Shown in pieces: positions 48,851 through 62,306 of a stretch of 64,000 bases of DNA; position 1 is the first letter of the stretch, and each line of letters opens with the position of its first letter. The notes under the pieces are model-generated. The model was given only the letters and a program-made list of their open reading frames with translations. It did no database searches and was not told the origin of the DNA. Location: contig OZ024743.1 in assembly GCA_964016885.1 (NCBI GenBank), positions 283,774,001 to 283,838,000 on the forward strand. The letters are read 5' to 3'. Source of the DNA: Eledone cirrhosa (lineage: Eukaryota). The translations under genes were made by a program, and so were the position numbers.

Positions 48851-51800
48851 ATAATAATAATAATGAAATTATTGTGTACAGTGCTCAGGTGCACTACAAC
48901 TCATCAAAGGTGCATGTATAGTACATAGAATAATGTACAAATGTCAGGAAAATAAACAGTGTATGAGTCATGATATAATAACAATAACAATAATGAAATA
49001 TTGTGTACAGTGCCCAGGTGCACCACAACTCATCAAAAAAGTGCATGTACAGTACATAGGGCAATGCACAAACATCAGTAAAATGAACAGTGCACGAGTC
49101 ATGATACACACGTGTGCATGTGTATGGAAGGGGCACATCAGGTGTAGTTTTGGCGTATTTCGGGAAGCATGAGTGTCTTAAAGGATGCAGTGTCTCGGCA
49201 GCTAACAATTGACGCAGGCAGTTTGTTCCATGCTTCAGCAACTCTGAGCGTGAAAAAATGTCTGCGAAAGTCATGGGAGCTGTGCTGTTTTCTTATCTTG
49301 TAGGCATGTCCACGTGTGTTAGACACATGGAGATCAAAGAGGCGCTCAGGGTTGCAGTTGGCGAGATGGTTAAAAACTTTGTGGGTATTCACCAAGTCCA
49401 TTGCCAGACGTCGGAGCTTCAATGAATCCATGCCCAGGGAAGCAAGGCGTTCAGAGTATGGTAGGTGTCTGATGGAGGGTATGCGCTTGGTTGCACGTCT
49501 CTGAACAGTTTCCAGGAGGTCAATGTTCCGAGCAAGATAGGGGTTCCAGACTGATGATGCAAATTTCAAGTGGTTGCACCATAGCTGTATACAGTTTTAA
49601 ATAGATGGCTGGAGAGCGGCTAACAAAGGTCTTGCTGAGTGATGCCAAGACACCCTCAGCCTTCTTGACAATCTTAGAGACATGCTTTGTCCAACGCAAA
49701 TCGTTGCTGACAGTAATGCCCAGGTCACGTTCACAAGAGGACTTTTTCATGTCAGTGTTGTGGAGGGAGTATGTGGACGCTGGATTTTTCCTTCCAAAAT
49801 GCATGGTGGTACACTTGTCCACAGCCAGCTTCAGTTGCCAGTCTGTGATCCATTGCTGCATTGTGTCCAGGTCTGATTGTAGGAAAGAGTTGTAAATTTC
49901 AGGATCAGTCCTTTTGATTTCAAGGTACAGCTTGATGTCATCTGCATATTTTAGTACCGTGGCATTCTGTAAGTTGGCATCTATGTCATTAATATATGCC
50001 ACAAACAAAAGAGGACCAAGAACAGATCCCTGTGGTACACCAGATGACATCTCATATGGTGAAGAATGCTGTCCTAGAACCGTGACTACTTCCTTTCGGC
50101 TGAGAATGAAGGATTTCAGCCAGTCGAAAAGATCATCCCTCACACCCATTGCAGAGAGTTTTGCCATAAGTCTTTTGTGTGGCACAGAATTAAAAGCCTT
50201 AGCAAAGTCAAGGTAAACAACATCCACCCATGAGCCGCTGTCAGTGATCCGGGTGATGTCCTCAAGGAACTCGATAAGCTGATCACAGCAGCTGGAGTTA
50301 GGGATAAATCCAAACTGTGAGGGCCGGATGAGGCTGTGAGAGCTCCAGAAGTTCCAAAGTGTTTCTCTGACACAGGATTCCATCAGTTTGGCCATACAGC
50401 TAGTAAGACTGACTGGACGATAGTTGACAGGTGACATGCGGTTGCCCTTTTTGAACAGGGGAATGACACTGGCAGTTTTCCACTGCTCCGGAGTAGCACC
50501 ATTGCTGAGACAGTATTGAAAGAAAAAAGAAAGCTGGCGCAAAAGGAAATCCCCGCCACGTTTGAGAAGCAGGTATGTCACACCATCAAGACCAGGGGAG
50601 GCATAGTTGCGCTTATTCTTAAGGTGACGTCGCAACATTGCAGGTGTAAATTCCATAGTTGTTATGGAATTTGCTGTTAGAGATGGTGGAGATGGTACAT
50701 TCTGGTTTTCAACAGTCAAAATACTTGCATAGCACTCAGCAATGAGTTCTGCGCATTCCTTGGGATCGTCAGTGATCTGGCTTGTGTGGGGATTGCGAAG
50801 AGGACCAACTGGAGAGTGAGGTCTCTGCTTTGAATGAACATATTTCCAGAACACCTTACTGTCAGGACTGGTTGCGATGCACTGTTCAAATTCAAGCACT
50901 GCCTTCTTTGTCACTTGCTTGAGATGGTTAGAAGATTTATTCCGCTTTTTTCTGTTGGCATCTGATCTATGCAGTTTATATTCCCGTTCAGCGTTCCGAC
51001 GTTCTTTCCTGGCAAGTCGGACCGCTGAAGTTTCCCAGATTGCACTTTTGGGGTGGTTATTTTTCCGCTTCCGTGGCACTGATGCTGCACACGCTATCCA
51101 TATTGAGTCCAGGATGCTCTGGAGTATAGAGTTCACATCTCCAGAGTTATACATCTCATGCCAGTTTGGGCGCTGTAGCTCAGTGCAGTACAAGTTCCAA
51201 TCCGCCCTCTTCCAATCAAAGCAAGCAGATTGGAGATGGCTCTGGTTTTTGTTGCTGCCCTCAAGTGCCAGATTAGCAATGATCATAGCATGATCAGAGT
51301 CGCCTAGAGGTTCCTCAGTAGTACAACTGATAACCACTTCAGGAGTAGTGGTGAAGATCAGGTCCAAAGTGTTGTCACCTCTTGTTGGAGAGGTGACTAC
51401 TTGTGACTAGTTTGAGTCCAGCACTAGTTCAAGGAAATCGTTTGCACCCTGTGGCCAACGAAAGGTTTCCCAATCGATCTCAGGATGATTGAAGTCACCT
51501 GCAATAAACACATAAGTGGCTGTTTTCTTGGCAGCAACTCTGAGGATATCGCAAAGCTGTGTGTCCTGATGGTAGTTTGGGGGGCGATAAACAACACCAA
51601 GCAGAAGTGTTGACATGGTCATACGTATGTCACAGAAAAAAACTTCTTCCTGTGATTCGTTCAAATCAACGCAAGGAATTACCGAAAAGTTTGAACGAAC
51701 GTAGACCATCACACCACCACCACGGCGGTTAATGCGGTCCTTGCGGAAAAGGTTGTACCCAGTAATGGTGAAAACCCCATCACAGAGTAAGGAATGTGCC

Positions 51801-52395
51801 CATGTTTCCGTGACTGTGATGAAGTCAGGGTCGATGCTTCTGACGTAGGATTCGAACAGATGTATCTTGTTGCATAAACTGCGAGCATTTAAGGACAACA
51901 ATTTGTACCCTGCTCGCAGTTTATGATGGTGTGTAGAGGGTGGCAGGTTGTTCTGGTTTAGTTTCCCAGAGTTGTAGCAGTTTTTACATTGCCAGTTATT
52001 GTGGGTAGATCACACTCAGACCAGCTGGTATCTCTCTTCCACGTTTCACCAGCCTTGACAAACCTCCAGATCTGCCCATCATCACGCAGACTGAAACTTT
52101 CATCTTGTGCTGAGTTCCGATTCAAGGAAGCTGCAGCACGTAGTTTTGGACGTACATGGGGTGGTAGGCCTGGGCGTGTTCGGAAGGTAATCCGATTTTC
52201 ACGCCCAGCTTTAGCAGAGGCCAGATGATATGAGGTTGCCTCTGTGGGGTCCAAGAAAGACAGCCTGATGAGTCTGGGTTTTGGACCAGGTCGACCAAGG
52301 CGGAGGGCACCCTTTGGGGGAACACAGCCTAGGTCTTTGGCTGAGCTGGCAGCAAATGCCTGAAGATCAGCCTTGTCCTCTGGTACCCCAATGGC
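48851..52395 (-). mobile_element. 5'-truncated CR1-clade LINE in EDEM1 intron 3, antisense; very close relative of 20985-25005
   Basis: ORF1 C-terminus, APE and RT; TGG to TAG near 51407; 2-bp deletion near 49570; same duplicated 3' end. Confidence 0.96.
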
Positions 52396-52796
52396 TAACA
52401 TTGCTAACATTGCTAACATTGTCTAGTAAAAGATGATCAATGAATTAAAACTGAAACCTAAGCAATGATTAAATTTAAATTGCTTATGAACAACATGCTT
52501 ATGAGCAACATGCTTATGAGTTCTAATCTTTCTGCCTGTTTCAGTTTGCCTGACAGACAGAAAACAGGTTTCCCTTCTAGTTTACAGTTAGTAAGTGTAT
52601 CTAGCTGTAAAAACAATTGATTCAACATAAAAAAGCTAAGAAAAATGGATATGGATATATAACAGTAAACAATGGCTGATTATAAATGTATTGGATTTTT
52701 TAAAAAAGCTGTATTTAATAAATTGTATTTAACTCTTAAGTTATCCCAGCTGTCAGAACATGTATTTTGATACTATACTGTGATTTATATTTGCAG

Positions 52797-52968
52797 AGTT
52801 CTTGGAGCCCTTCTCTCTGCTCATTTGATCATTACTGATCCACACCAGCCATTTGGAAATATGAATTTGGTAGAGTACAATGATGAACTCCTTCATCTTT
52901 CTCATGATCTTGCCTCTCGTCTCTTGCCTGCCTTTGAAGCTACCTCAACTGGTATTCCTTATCCAAGA
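52797..52968 (+). CDS. EDEM1: EDEM1 exon 4 (172 nt)
   Basis: ttgcag acceptor; [20 protein letters not shown]...[21 protein letters not shown]; GTAAGT donor. Confidence 0.97.
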
Positions 52969-53101
52969 GTAAGTCAATTATTCATAAATACCTTCATCTT
53001 GTTTTGTTTAAATTTTGATTACTATAAATAGAACACTTTTAATAAAACTTCTTTTTCATTTCCTTAATAACAAGAATATATATTAATATAAAATGATAAT
53101 A

Positions 53102-53248
53102 GTTGTTTCTACTTTTGGCACAAGGCCAGCAAATACCCAGTACATTACTGGTACTTTATTTTATCGACCCCGTAAGGATGAAAGGCAAAGTTAACCTTGA
53201 CGGGATTTGAACTCAGACCGTAATGGGACGTAACTGTGTTAGATGTAA
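53102..53248 (-). mobile_element. (ATT)n-tailed SINE
   Basis: Same family as 20139; 17-bp TSD aatataaaatgataata at 53085-53101 and 53249-53265. Confidence 0.9.
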
Positions 53249-53339
53249 AATATAAAATGATAATAATAAAACAAATTTTGGCCACTCAGTCGTATTGATT
53301 ATTTTATATACTTAGAATCCACTTTACTTGTACTTTTAT

Positions 53340-54210
53340 TCATCATCATCATCATTTAATGTCAGCATTTCCTGCTAGCAAATGTTGGGTTGTCAACGGA
53401 CCAGGCTGGTGTTCATAGCAGTGGTACTGACTGCATGATGGCTGGGAGCCTGCATCTCGCTTACATTCCTGCACATGACCGAGTGCCAGACGGTCTGCGA
53501 CTCACATACATATGATTACACACAGTACCAAGTGCATTTTATCATGACACTAATACTAGTTAGGTTGTTATGGATTTGACACAACTGAAAAATTCTACCA
53601 ACCTTTTGTGTGGTAAACTTTTTATAGTTGAAGGCCTTTCCTATCATCACCCACTTTATAGAGTGCACTGAATGTGTTTATCATGTAAATCACCAACATT
53701 AGATAGGTTAGCTAAAGACTCTTTCTGACTTTGCTTGTTAAGTTTTCTACAGGTAGATGCCCTTCCTATCATCGATATTACAAAGTGTACTTGGTGTGTT
53801 TATCATGTGTAAATCACCAACACTAGGGAGGATGTGATGTCTTTGGCACAGCTGAGGAAACCTTCTGACTCTTGGTTTAGCAGGTTTTCTATGACTGGAT
53901 GCCTTTCCTACCACAAATCACTTTACAGAGAGTACTGGGTGTGTTTATCGTGTAAATCACCAACACCAGAGAGATAAACTGAAGAGATCTCCGGACCCTT
54001 TGAAACCTTTCTTTTCACCACTTAACAGTGTACTGAATGTGTTCATGTAACTTACCAACACTAGAGATGCTGTTAACCCCTGACACAACTGGAGAGTTCT
54101 CTCGACCCTTTTTTGGCATGATTTCTACAGCAGGATGCCCTTCCTGTCACCAACCACCCTCCATGGCTCATTTATTGTGATATCAGTACTAGAGAGGTTG
54201 TTGGTTATTT
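53340..54210 (-). repeat. RTE-type 3' end with a degenerate ~110-130-bp tandem array
   Basis: Repeated ttttctacaggtagatgcccttcctatcacc..ctttacagagtgtactgggtgtgtttatcatgtaaatcaccaacactag. Confidence 0.65.
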
Positions 54211-54785
54211 ACTCAATTGTAAAGCCTTCTCTGCTCTGGGGCAGAAGGAATGGGCTAACGGGGATGACGAGTGTCGTGGGGTGGTGGGATTTGAGTAGAT
54301 AAAAAGTAGGAAGGAATATGATGGTCACAAATACAAGGGTTAAGACTGGTATGTCAGGATTTAGTGGTGGGGTGATTCTGGCTGGAGAGTGTTGGTGTTA
54401 GAATTCGAGGAGTGGGATGGAGATCCTGGAAATTGAGGAGGGGTGGAGCTGTATGTTGATGGTAAGAATAACTTCTAAAAATTCACTATTTTGTTTGTGT
54501 TTTCACACTTGGAAACATTTTTATTACTTAATTTGGGATGAAGGAACAACAACCATATCCTTTTAGTTTCCTCTTAGTCTGGGGGATAAGGATAACTTGG
54601 TGTGGTTAGTAGTTAATGTTTGATTTGGGCTATTGTATGTTCCTGGTTTGAAGAGAATACAGACAAGTAGGAAGTTCTCAAGTTGTAAGAGTATTTCAAC
54701 ATGTTTTATCATTCATGTTTCATTTACATCGTTTAACTTTCTTGTTTTTAGCTTTTCTTATTTCTTTCATGTTTTATTTTCCCAG

Positions 54786-54969
54786 ATAAACTTGAAGAAA
54801 GGTGTCCCTCCTAACTGTTTGAATGAAACGTGTACGTCAGGTGCTGGCACACTTCTGCTTGAATTTGGTGTACTCTCACATCTGTTGGATGACCCTGTCT
54901 ATGAGTCTGTAGCTCGTCGAGCTGTTGACTCTCTATGGAAATACAAGTCTAATGTCACTGGATTATTAG
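54786..54969 (+). CDS. EDEM1: EDEM1 exon 5 (184 nt)
   Basis: cccag acceptor after a polypyrimidine tract; [61 protein letters not shown](G); GTATTT donor. Confidence 0.96.
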
Positions 54970-55365
54970 GTATTTATTAAGTAACTACATTGAAATGTTT
55001 TTTTTATATGATTTTAATCAGTATTGAGAATACCTCTTTGATTGAAGTAGAGGCTATAGTTGCTGTCATTGGGCAATTAAGGTGAAGCAGTAATTAATAT
55101 AGGAGCCAATTCACATGCTCAGCTCCTTGAATATACATATGTAAGATATCAAGCACATTCATTTTGGTTGAACTTTTAAACTACTTTCTGACTGAAGCCA
55201 TTCCATTTGTAATGTGGCCATGCTTGTCTAAGAATCTAAACATGTTCTCATCATTTTAGAGACAGTAACAAATTTCTTGAGGGAGATTTAGCAGCTATAT
55301 AAGTAGGTTAAGTGACTACATTGTAACTCTACCTAGCTTGTCTGAATTAAAATTCACACATATAT

Positions 55366-55706
55366 GGAGGCACATGGCTTAGTGGTTAGAGCGTTGGCCT
55401 TGCAATCGAAAGGTTGTGAGTTCAATTCTCAGACCGGGTGATGTGTTGTTTCCTTGAGCAAGACACTTTATTTCACATTGCTCCAGTTTACTCAGCTGTA
55501 GAAATGAGATGGTAGGGACTGGGGTCCCTATCATTCCACTGTAAAGTGGTCGTGGAGGTGCCACGGCAAAAAAGCACCCAGCACTCACTGTAAATGAGGT
55601 TGGTGTTAGGAAGGGCATCCAGCTGTAGAAATCAAGCCAGAATCAGGTCCCGTCCCACCCTTGCAAGCAGGGAAAAGCAGACGTAAAATGAAAATGAAAT
55701 GAATGA
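55366..55706 (+). mobile_element. Full-length tRNA-derived SINE with RTE-derived tail
   Basis: A-box TGGCTTAGTGG, B-box GAGTTCAATTC; its 3' half matches the RTE 3' UTR at 40005-40150. Confidence 0.92.
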
Positions 55707-55819
55707 ATATATATATATACACACACACTTGGACCTGGATGTTATGTAATGCAATAAATCAAATTTAAAAATGTAAGACCATCTCTTCATTTTTAATGAA
55801 GTGTATAAATGTATATATA

Positions 55820-57435
55820 TTGGGGTAGGAGGTGTAGGCATCTTACTAGTTGAGAAATGGATAGATAAGGTGATAGAATTAGAGTAAATGACAGAATTAT
55901 CAAACTTAGATTAGCGGTAGGAAATAGAATGATGACGATTACATCTGCCTATGCTCCACAGGACTAAGTAAAGAACAAAAAGACAAGTTGTATGAAGAAC
56001 TTTTACAGGCAGCTTTAGGCACTGAAAAAGGCGACTTTAACGGACATGTAGGACAGTACCAGGACAGATTCAGTGGAGTTCAGGGCAGCTATGGTTATGG
56101 CTCAAGAAATGAAGAGGGAGTGAGGCTCCTGGAATTCTGTGATGCAAATGAACTAACTATTTGCAACGCAAATTTCTGGAAACCAACTAGCCACCTGATC
56201 TCATATCAATCAGGCAAACACAAAAGCCAAATCGATTACTTACTTGTAAGACAAGATAGATAGACAGTAATAAATACTAAGGCCTTCCCCAAGGAAGAAT
56301 GCACTGCCCAACACAGGTTAATTATTAGTGGCATCAAAATAAGCACAAGACAGAACACTGTATGCAGGAAAATATGGAGATGGAAGGAATGGAAGCTTAA
56401 GGACCTTTTGGTTAAATATAGGTTTAGAAAAGCTCCATGGGATGCATTTGATGAGAGAAGTGATAAGCTTGATAGTTATGGCGTTAAGGACAACTGGAAA
56501 TTCATGTGACAACCTTTTGCAAACTACTGATGAGATTTGTGGCAGAAGTAGAGCACTAGTCAGACAGAGGGTGACCTGGTAGTGGAACAGACAGGCGTGA
56601 AAAGACTGGAAAAATGGGCGTAGTAGAGACCAGTACCAGTTAGCTAAGAGAGGAGCTAGATGACAGGTGTACACAGTTCAGAGAGGCTGAAGAGAGAATG
56701 TTTGCCAATGTCTTGAGACGTGAGTATGAGAGACGCGAAGTGTCAGTGTGATTAATCATGATGTTGGGGAAAAATGTGTTAGAAATGACAGTGCCACACT
56801 TAGCACCACTGATGTTCAAAAAAAAGGGGCGTGGAAATGTTACTATCAGAGACTGATGAATGTAGAGAATAAATGGGAGGAAAAGAAACTACCTCCAACC
56901 TACCCAACAGAAGAGCCAGCCATTAAAGTTAAGTTAAAAGGTTAAAGAAGCAATCAAAAAGATGAAAGATGGTCAAGCTGTGGGACCATCAGAGCTAGTT
57001 GTGAAGATGCTAAAAACATCAGAAGTAGGAGTCAAACTAGTAACCCACATAGTCAATCAGGTAATACAGAACGGAGGCATACCCTATGACTGGCGCAGCA
57101 GTACAATTGTAAATTGCTACACAGGCAAAGGTGATGCCTTAGAAAGCAGCAACGACAAAAGAAGAAAACTAATGGACCAAGTTATGAAAGTGATGGAAAG
57201 AGCTATAGCGCAATTAATTAGAGAAAGAGTCAAATTAGACGAGATGCAGTTTGGTTTCATCCTTGGGGAAAAGTACTATAAATGCCTTCTTTTTAGTAAG
57301 ACAATTACAAAAGAAGTTCCTAGCCAAAAATAAACCACTATATTTAGCTTTTTGTTGAAAATAAGTTCCAACTATGGAAACAGAATTTGGAATCAAAAGG
57401 TCTGAGAGTGAACTTAACCAAATCTAAAGTGCTTC
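55820..57435 (+). mobile_element. Degenerate RTE LINE (APE to RT) with deletions
   Basis: GDFNGHVG, RLLEFCDANEL, SQIDYLL, MQFGF. Confidence 0.88.
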
Positions 57436-57734
57436 TGCCCTAAAATAATTTTACTGGGGTGGGACAATTTTCAGTTTATTGGATATACAGTATGAATAGA
57501 TTTGAGGAATGGTCATAAACAATAGACAATAATTGAAAGGATATTAATGATATCCAATCCTCCTTGAGACGAGAGATCTTCAGATTGCACAAATGATGTA
57601 TGTAATGAGAAAGTTTGATATAAATTTGGTAAAGAAGTGTTGTCAGTTGATAATGTTTACCACAATATGAGTAGAGTAGGAAAGAACATGACTGAAAGGT
57701 GTTGATGATAATATATTTATGTCTACTGTTTCAG

Positions 57735-57826
57735 GGAATGTAATTAATATACAAACTGGAGAGTGGGTTGGCATCATGAGTGGACTTGGAGCTGGTCTTG
57801 ATTCTTTTTATGAATACTTGCTCAAG
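57735..57826 (+). CDS. EDEM1: EDEM1 exon 6 (92 nt)
   Basis: tttcag acceptor; [30 protein letters not shown] (GH47 DSFYEY motif); GTTAGA donor. Confidence 0.96.
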
Positions 57827-58540
57827 GTTAGATATTATTACAATGTTCTATATTCTTTTTTTATTTTACTTGTTTCAGTCAGTAGACCGGCTAAGTCGGG
57901 GCAGTGTTTTGAAGTGAATTTTTTTTTCAAGTCTAGTACTTATTTTGTTGATCTCTTTTTGTAAGGCTGCTGTGTTAAGGGACATAAACAAACAGTAAAC
58001 ATAAACACAGATATAAACCCATGCGCACACATGCAATGAATGTGTAATGTTATTGTTAATGAATGACATAGCATAAGTGAGCTAAGAGAAAAACCTGGTA
58101 AAAGAAGAATTCAATGAAGTGTCCATGATAGAGGGTTGCACTGGTATGGACATGTGATGCATATGGAAGATGGCAGCTGTATAAAGAAATGCTGAGAACT
58201 CTCAGTGGATGGGACTTATAAAAGAGTTGACCTTGGAAGATATAGGATGAAGTAATGAAGACCGACTTTAGGAAGCTGAACCTCATGTCAAGTGACAAAA
58301 GATAGCGATGACAAGCAAGATGTGATACTGGAGAAGACCTTCCTATATAAACAAGATACCCCACCATTTCTAATAGAGTATCTGCCATATTCTGCCATAT
58401 TCTAACTCATCTAATGGCCTGTCCTGACTCAATCATGCCCTACTCCCACACAATCACTATTCAGTAACTATTCTCTGTGATCACTTTCATCTTTTGTCTC
58501 CTTAACCACATATATATATACTGCATGTGTGTGTATATAT

Positions 58541-59059
58541 ATCATAAGAGGAATCAAATGCTGTGTGCAGGAGAGGTGGTTGCATTGGTATGGACATGTG
58601 ATGCGTATGAAGAATGACAGCTGCATAAAAAGGTGCAGAGCACTAGAAGTCAATTGAAACCACGGAGTGGGGAGACCCAAGAAGACCTGGGATGAGGTGA
58701 TAAAAGCCGACCTTACCCAATTACACCTCTTAAAGGCGATGACACATGACCGTGACCTCTGGCGTCATGCAGTAATACAGAGTACCCGACTTCCCATGGG
58801 TACAAGCTGAAGCATATAGACAATATGCCCCCACACCCTCCCACTGCAAAGTGGTCGTGGAGGTGCCACGGCAAAAAGCACCCAGCACTGTAAATGAGGT
58901 TGGTGTTAGGAAGGGCATCCAGCTGTAGAAATCAAGCCAAAATCAGTTCCTGTATGAGCAAGGTATGGTCAGCCGACCAGACACTGCCCACAACAAGACA
59001 ACCTGTCTAACCCATGCTAGCATGGAAGAACGGACGTAAAACGGTGATGATGATGATGA
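58541..59059 (+). mobile_element. 5'-truncated RTE LINE (subfamily of 37005-40266)
   Basis: High identity to 39700-40265; (GAT)n tail; flanked by (TA)n. Confidence 0.92.
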
Positions 59060-60499
59060 TATATATATATATAAGTATAATGAGATGTACATTTAGATTA
59101 CGTTTAGCCCAGCTGCCATTCACTCACTCAATGAATTTACAAAAATCATATATTGTGGACACTATACGTTAAATAGTGGATAAATGGCTTAGTGTGGGAA
59201 TAAACTGCTCCAAACTGTAGTTTCATTACTGCATCCTATGTGCAGCAGATGCATCAGCAAGCACTACACATAGAAGTCATGCAATATTTCCAAAAAATTA
59301 CAAAGTCTTCATGGTTAGGACTAACGGGATAAACCAGTGGCAGAGTTCAGTTGTAATACTAACAGGAGAATTCATCTGAGAGACTGCCAGAGTTAAAATG
59401 AAACTACACAGTGGCAGTGATAGCAGTTTCATACTGTGACAGAATCACATGACCTAAAGAGGAAGGCAGTAGAATTCAGTCATTAGGAATAAGAGCACTG
59501 TTGGTAGTAAAATTCAGATAGTTAAAGATGTGCCAAAGCTCTCAACCTGGTTAGTTATACACTAGATGAAGACCTGGTCAGAGGTGGTGAGCACTGATCT
59601 CATGATGAGATGATAGAACAGAACAAGTAGAAGGAAGCTGTACCGGAATAGACCCATCCAACCCATACAAGCATTATATTGTTTCATCATGGGGTCCTTT
59701 TTTACTTTTCGAGGTAAAATTTTACAGTATACTGAAGTGACTGGATAACATGAGTGATGGAAATTAAAGTAGAAAGAAGTAAAGGAAGTAGTGGACCAAG
59801 AAAGATATGCTAAATATGATGGAAGAGGAAATAAAAGCTAGGAGGTTGGTGATGTGGGATGCAAACAATAGGGTAACATGGAGAAGCATATCATGGGACC
59901 CCACACATTCCATATTATGTCAGGTTAATACAATATTCTGAAAAGTATTAATAAAACAGCTTGATCACCCTGTAAATGTTGATTATATGAAATAAAAATC
60001 ACAAACATATGTAGTGTGCAAGAGAGATGACTGTGCTAATATGGACATATGTATATGGTGATGAACACTGGGTGAAGAAGTGTCAGATACATGTGGAAGG
60101 AAGCTGTAGTAGTGGATGACTGCAAAAAAAAACTGGACAGAAGTGGTTAGAGCTGATCTCAAAGCACTTCAACATCACAGAAAAGATTATAAAAGAATGC
60201 TACGAGTGGAGGGAGGCTGGAAGGGACCCATCCAACCCATACAAGCATGGAAAAACAGACATTAAATGATGATGATGATTCATTTACATATATATAAGTT
60301 GAAGTGAATGTAGAATTACAGGTGTGCAACTGATTCATGGGAAAACCTGCAGTATATCAACTTAAATATGTTTGATAATTAGTTATATATCTTAAATATT
60401 TAATCATTTCTATTCCACATCTGTGAATACAGGTGTGTAGAAATATACTTACACAGATATTTAAGTTCTAAATCTCCATTTATTATTATTATTTTACAG

Positions 60500-60582
60500 T
60501 CTTTCATTATGTTCGGTGATAATGAAGATCTGAAAAAATTTAATGAATCATATGAAACTATAAAATTCCACATGCGAAGAGG
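60500..60582 (+). CDS. EDEM1: EDEM1 exon 7 (83 nt)
   Basis: ttacag acceptor; SFIMFGDNEDLKKFNESYETIKFHMRR(G); GTAAAC donor; phases fit exons 6 and 8. Confidence 0.92.
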
Positions 60583-61982
60583 GTAAACTTTTTCAAATAT
60601 TCATAATTAAATTTTGATTTAAAAAAACCATTGTATCTCATTGAACAAAACACATTCTATATAGCTTCTTGTATGGCCAGCATTTAAAACTAGTTCCGTG
60701 GAATTAGATTCTATGTTACGGAAACATCTTGAATGATTTCACATCAGCAGACTGCTGTTCTGCTGTTTCTTACTGCAGTATATTCTATTCATCTATTGCA
60801 TGCTACCTATTTACAACTTGTTCTACTGAACCAACAGAAATATGCTGAAATCCATCAACATTATTATCCCAATGCATCAGATCTATCCTTCTCCCAGTGA
60901 TATACCATTATCCCAGAAACTATATCCTAATTAAGTGTATAAGTGTGATTATATCTTAAGAAATGAATAAATGAAGAACAATGTCTCTGAGTGTTGGTCT
61001 CACTCAGACTGTCAGGTTGATAATCATTTCATTGATAGTCTTTCTCGGCTATAGTAATTTGACCATAAAGTAAAGTTTCTCAGTGTGCCAAGCTTGGTTC
61101 TTGGTTTTACTTCTTAGTGAAGTCATTTAGCTGCATCAGCATCATCATTTGTCCTCATGAATTACATGAACTTTGCAACTTTCTTTACACTTTTCCTAAA
61201 AAAAATTTTAAAGGATAGATAAAACAATTATTTTATTATAAATTCTTACAATTTTCTTCCTTTCTAATCTAGTTTTTCAGACCTGTAACTCTAAAGCCTC
61301 TAACAAAGAGGTTGCTGTTTTGTATAAGTCTATTACCACAATCAGTTTCAAAATGTATTTAATGAAATAGTCAAACCATTCTCGGTAAACTCCTGTTTTT
61401 AAAATGCTTTGATAGCTAAATGATACAACTGCATGACTTCAATAAAGATGAGATGATCTTAAGTAGAAATGTTAGTCTGATAATGAAGTGGAATATAAAT
61501 TGACACCCAAACTATATCCACTTTTTTATTATTAAAATATAGGGACTCTGCCATCAGTATCATGCTCCAGAAGCCAAGAGTTGTTTTTATAAGGAGGATG
61601 GAAAGTATCTCTAGCTCTTGCAGATGTCCCCAGACCATTGATGTAAGATGAAGTGTTCAGTATAGGAACAGCAGGAATAGTGATAGTAGGAAAGGAATAT
61701 ATATCAAGTGGTTATAGGTAGAGATGAATGATAGATTGTTAATTTAGAACAGAGGCTGTTGTAGTAATTGTGCATACATCACACCAGTGGGCATGTGATT
61801 TAGTGTTTTAGTTAGCTTGTGTCTCAAGTGAAAAGGACTATTGGACACACATGACTACTAACAAAACTGATCATGTTCTCATGATTGCGCACACATACAC
61901 ACTCACAAAACTACATCATTCATTATTGTATAGTGCTTTTGTTATTTAATGTATTGCCATTTTAAGATGTGTTCTATTGCAG

Positions 61983-62103
61983 GAGGGTGCACTGTAATAA
62001 AGGATTGGGCCATCCCCCTTTGTATGTGAATGTCAACATGAAAACAGGAGACACTGTTAACAACTGGGTTGACTCATTGCAAGCTGCTTGGTCTGCTCTT
62101 CAG
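61983..62103 (+). CDS. EDEM1: EDEM1 exon 8 (121 nt); gene continues beyond the window
   Basis: ttgcag acceptor; [40 protein letters not shown]; GTTCGT donor. Confidence 0.94.
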
Positions 62104-62163
62104 GTTCGTAAGCAAATTATAAAAAATACAAAGTACATTTTTCGAAAGAGATTTATTGTACCC

Positions 62164-62217
<54 letters not shown>

Positions 62218-62306
62218 AAAATATGAATGTCCCAAAGGCAGAAAATAACTGAAATGAGTTGGTCACTATAAATTGTAGTTGAGAAAATCAGCTAAAATAC
62301 CCTTAA

